Source of the DNA: Corallochytrium limacisporum Hawaii
Taxonomy: Eukaryota; Protista; Pluriformea
Direction: 5' to 3'
DNA: 64,000 bases
Assembly (NCBI GenBank): GCA_002811645.1
Contig: PDIP01000049.1
Span: 86,517-150,516, forward strand
Part shown: positions 60,838 through 64,000 of the stretch, one piece after another
How the letters are laid out: the number at the start of each line of letters is the position of its first letter
Position numbering within the stretch: position 1 is the stretch's first letter
Position numbers and translations under genes: made by a program
The notes under the pieces: model-generated
The model's database searches: none
What the model was told of the DNA's origin: nothing
The model's input: the letters and a program-made list of their open reading frames with translations, nothing else

Positions 60838-63837
60838 ATGTCAGACAGGGTCGACTGTCCCACCAGAGTTTCTTTCCTGGAGAACCATGTGACATCAAGG
60901 AACGTCAATGAAACAGTCATGTTTGGCAATTTCGCAACAGCGCAAAAGTACTTCGTAGCGTGCTTTGCGGTGGTTCTCGTGTTATGTTACGCTATTCTAC
61001 AACTAGATTTAGGCAGATCAAACGCTGAGCACAATGGCTTACAGATACCCGATGAGCCGGAAACTACAGCAGAGACCACAAAATCAGAACCACACACCAC
61101 AAAAGCAGAACCAGGATACAAACCCATCATCCATACAGTGCCCACAGAAAATCTTATTACCAACGTCTTTGAAGACATTTTCAAAGGCAAGGGGCAGTCG
61201 GAATGTATCGCCAATGAGGAGGAAGACACCAGCGGCATAACGGGAACGTCAGGCAAAGTATTCGGAGGCGCGGTTGTGAACAGCATATCCGCCGGGGACA
61301 GAGAACGGCTACTGAAAACTTCAGCAGCGAATGAAAATGTCGAGTTTGAGAGTGTGGGCGGCATGACCAGGAAGCCAGAGTGCCGGCGGTGGGCCGTGGT
61401 GACCACGATCTTTAAACCGTCTAATGCCATGGGAAAGTTGATGAGCATGCCCAACTGGTGTTTAGTTATTGTGGGAGATAGGAAAACGCCGTCTTCATGT
61501 TATCATACTCTGGTTGTGGCCGACGATCTGCATCAAACGTTCTACCTTGGGGTAGAAGAGCAAGAGAAGTTGGCGGAGAGCCTGGCGACCGTAGGATCAT
61601 TGCCTTGGAATCATTTTGGGCGGAAGAATATTGGATATTTGTTTGCCATTGCACATGGAGCAGAGCAGATTTGGGATTTTGATGATGACAACCCTATTAC
61701 GGCGGACAACTTTTTGCATATGTTGGATGCGGAGAGGGTGGTTGTAACGGTACCTTCGGCTCCGGGTCCGCTGTACAATCCTATGCCAGTGATGGGAGCG
61801 CCGATTTTTCCATCATGGCCTCGTGGGTTTCCTTTAGACTCTATAAAGAACGAATCAACGTATGCTTTAGATCAGCACAAGGGAACGATAGATGTGCGAT
61901 CGATAGGAATCATGCAGTCACTTGCACACCATGATCCAGATGTTGACGCAATCTATCGCCTGACGTCTGGGCCTCTGCCATTCGATTTCTGTGAGGTGAA
62001 TCTGGCTGCGAATTCAGTGCAAGTGATCCCCCCGGGAACGCTGACCCCGTTCAATGCACAGGCGACTCTGTTCAACCATGGCATGCTATGGGCAACCTAC
62101 TTGCCAATCAGTGTGCACTCCCGTGTAAGTGACATTTGGCGTAGCTACATTGTCCAAGTGCTCGGCTGGCACGTGAACCAGGTGTTGGCATTTTCGGAGC
62201 CATTGGTGACACAGTTTCGGAATCCACACAACCATCTGGCAGACTTAGAAAGCGAGGGCGATTTGTACAAGAAGAGCGGCGAACTTGCAGCGTTTTTGGG
62301 CAGCGAGTGGGAATGTCCGTACGATACTCTCCCGGAGTGTGTGATGGACCTTTGGATTTCTGTGTACGAGAGAGAGTACATTGGCATGAAGGACGTGGAA
62401 CTGATGCGGAACTGGTTAGATGACCTGCATAGCATTGGGTACAAGTTCCCTAAGTGGAACAACAAGAGGACGAGTCTGGAGAATCACAGTGACTATACTC
62501 CGAACCGAAAGGTTGCGCTGAACAAGGAAACCCTTGGGAAACAATGTGTTACAACCCAGGAAGACCTCATATTGTCCTCTGTGGTATTGAATGATAGTGC
62601 TACCAAGGCATTTCTGGCAGATACAGGACGTGATAAAGTACGAGTGCTTACCGCGGGCATGTGGGGAGATATCAATAAGTTGAAGGAACCGTTCCTGGCA
62701 CGCTGGCGAAATAACGGCGTGCGATCCTGGGCGCACTATCTTTTCTTGAGAGAGCTAGGCTTTGAAACCTGGTATAAACTGAAGGGGAAGGCGAATGAGA
62801 ACACAAAGGATCGGTACCTTCACGTCGTAGACAACAGTGATGAAGATGAAATCGTGCGTATGGCCAACTCCGGATACTTTGACTTCATTGTTGTTTCCGA
62901 CTGGAGTATTCCAGAGGCCATGGTAGTTGCAAAGTTCATTACTCGGATCAAAGGGGCACGGTTCATATTTACAGTTTGTGTCGATAAGCCATTGCAAAAT
63001 AATCAGGACTTCCAAACACTGTACGAGAACAATGACATCGCGCTGGTGACATTTAACAATCATCTTGCGAAGCTAAACTTTGATGCGCGCAACAGTGGCA
63101 TTCCATCCATCGTCAATGCCTTTGGGCAAACAACATCAATAGCGACGTTGGAACCGAGAAAGGAGTACATCGGAAGCTTCGTATTTGTTGGAGATGTTCG
63201 AAGCCAGTTGGGATATGATGTCTTTGTGGCACTCGCAAAGGCATTCCCTGACTACGAGATGCTCATTATTTCGGCTGGCACATTCGACAGCAAGAAACAC
63301 AAAACGACAGAATCGTTTTGTGAACTGATTGAACAGAAAAAGTATGGGGGTTATGAATGCCCACCGAATCTTCAATGGGTGAAATCACCTAAGGGAGATC
63401 CTAAAGCAGATCAAATTATGGCGACTGCGGACATTGCTTTGGACTTTTCTTGGAACCCGTCGTGGATTTATGACAACACCAAGGTGCAAATGTACCTTAC
63501 GTACGGCCTCCCCGTGGTCACCAATAGGCCATCACAGACTTATCGATGGTCTGGTCTGTTTGGGAACCGGTTCGAAGTGATTGGAGCTAAGGAGAGTCTT
63601 AACCCATCTTCATGGGTAAAAGCTGTTCGGCGGATTCTTGCGTCACCAGCCATGAACCGGCGGCACAGCACGAGTTTGGCGGATTTCACGTTCTCTTGGG
63701 AAAGACACACCTTTGAACTTTGGACAGCTATGATGAGCCTTCTCGACCAAGATCTCATCAAAGTTAAGCCTCGCCCCGATCCTTTTTTTACGAAAGTTCG
63801 CCAAAGCCAATTTAAGCTTCATAAGGGCCAAGCATGA
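60838..63837 (+). CDS. Type II membrane STELLO (DUF288) glycosyltransferase fused to a C-terminal GT-B (GT4-like) domain
   Basis: TM near N-terminus; WAVVTTI, GDRKTP, LPWNHFGRKNIGYLFAI, DFDDDN, WPRGFP, DPDVDAIYRL, RVSDIWRSY; C-terminal FVFVG, ADIAL..TKVQMYLTYGLPVVT, FSWE. Confidence 0.88.
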   Translation: MSDRVDCPTRVSFLENHVTSRNVNETVMFGNFATAQKYFVACFAVVLVLCYAILQLDLGRSNAEHNGLQIPDEPETTAETTKSEPHTTKAEPGYKPIIHTVPTENLITNVFEDIFKGKGQSECIANEEEDTSGITGTSGKVFGGAVVNSISAGDRERLLKTSAANENVEFESVGGMTRKPECRRWAVVTTIFKPSNAMGKLMSMPNWCLVIVGDRKTPSSCYHTLVVADDLHQTFYLGVEEQEKLAESLATVGSLPWNHFGRKNIGYLFAIAHGAEQIWDFDDDNPITADNFLHMLDAERVVVTVPSAPGPLYNPMPVMGAPIFPSWPRGFPLDSIKNESTYALDQHKGTIDVRSIGIMQSLAHHDPDVDAIYRLTSGPLPFDFCEVNLAANSVQVIPPGTLTPFNAQATLFNHGMLWATYLPISVHSRVSDIWRSYIVQVLGWHVNQVLAFSEPLVTQFRNPHNHLADLESEGDLYKKSGELAAFLGSEWECPYDTLPECVMDLWISVYEREYIGMKDVELMRNWLDDLHSIGYKFPKWNNKRTSLENHSDYTPNRKVALNKETLGKQCVTTQEDLILSSVVLNDSATKAFLADTGRDKVRVLTAGMWGDINKLKEPFLARWRNNGVRSWAHYLFLRELGFETWYKLKGKANENTKDRYLHVVDNSDEDEIVRMANSGYFDFIVVSDWSIPEAMVVAKFITRIKGARFIFTVCVDKPLQNNQDFQTLYENNDIALVTFNNHLAKLNFDARNSGIPSIVNAFGQTTSIATLEPRKEYIGSFVFVGDVRSQLGYDVFVALAKAFPDYEMLIISAGTFDSKKHKTTESFCELIEQKKYGGYECPPNLQWVKSPKGDPKADQIMATADIALDFSWNPSWIYDNTKVQMYLTYGLPVVTNRPSQTYRWSGLFGNRFEVIGAKESLNPSSWVKAVRRILASPAMNRRHSTSLADFTFSWERHTFELWTAMMSLLDQDLIKVKPRPDPFFTKVRQSQFKLHKGQA

Positions 63838-63930
63838 CTACAAAGAAACATAAAGAACATCGATTAAGAGTACCGTAGGGTTACCGCGAAAAGTTCATAA
63901 TCCCCTCTCCAAACAAAGTATATAAATGAC

Positions 63931-63961
63931 CTTTACTATAGTCACACTTTACTATAGTCAC
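63931..63961. repeat. 16-bp direct repeat next to the telomeric tract
   Basis: CTTTACTATAGTCAC(A) x2. Confidence 0.9.
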
Positions 63962-63974
63962 CACACTTAATCTC

Positions 63975-64000
63975 TTAGGTTAGGTTAGGGTTAGGGTTAG
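63975..64000 (+). repeat. Telomeric repeat start (TTAGG)2(TTAGGG)2TTAG
   Basis: G-rich strand points to the window end; only 26 bp visible. Confidence 0.75.

Noticed and set aside
63931-63961. T7/SP6 promoter or vector contamination (ACTATAG)
   Set aside because: Only a 7-nt core matches; the flanks differ from both phage promoters
1-64000. Alternative genetic code or known spliced-leader relics
   Set aside because: TAA, TAG and TGA all end genes at plausible C-termini (e.g. KDEL-TAA); no dinoflagellate or nematode leader sequence seen

Overview
Gene-dense eukaryotic DNA running to an apparent chromosome end: TTAGG/TTAGGG repeats start at 63975. There is one assembly gap (3089-3351). I can support 22 protein-coding genes. 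Each reads as a single uninterrupted ORF in the standard code, with no intron needed. They include GRP94, ARL2, two 4CL/luciferase-family acyl-CoA ligases, HAUS5, TRMT1L-like, PPP4R2, an AMPK-related kinase, GAA1, a MAN1/Src1-type protein, SEC16, pallidin, alpha-MPP, SAS-6, a MAPEG protein, a sugar porter, an Erf4/GOLGA7-like protein and a STELLO-glycosyltransferase fusion. The animal-like gene set, intronless CDSs and TTAGGG end suggest an intron-poor unicellular holozoan such as Corallochytrium (inference only). The most distinctive signals are non-coding: (1) oligo(dC)->oligo(dG) islands roughly 230-700 bp upstream of nearly every gene, centred in divergent promoters; (2) AUG-stop minimal uORFs clustered 15-27 nt before several start codons; (3) an exact TTAAGTTT just upstream of four consecutive genes; (4) E2F-type sites at the centrosome/spindle genes. 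Coding novelties include candidate horizontally acquired glycan enzymes (PL29/DUF4955-like lyase, GH114-like hydrolase), an apicomplexan-type sugar transporter with an altered binding site, a two-domain glycosyltransferase next to the telomere and a tandem Trm1-domain protein. All family assignments come from motif recognition by eye, not database searches. No tRNA, rRNA, transposon or CRISPR array is supported.
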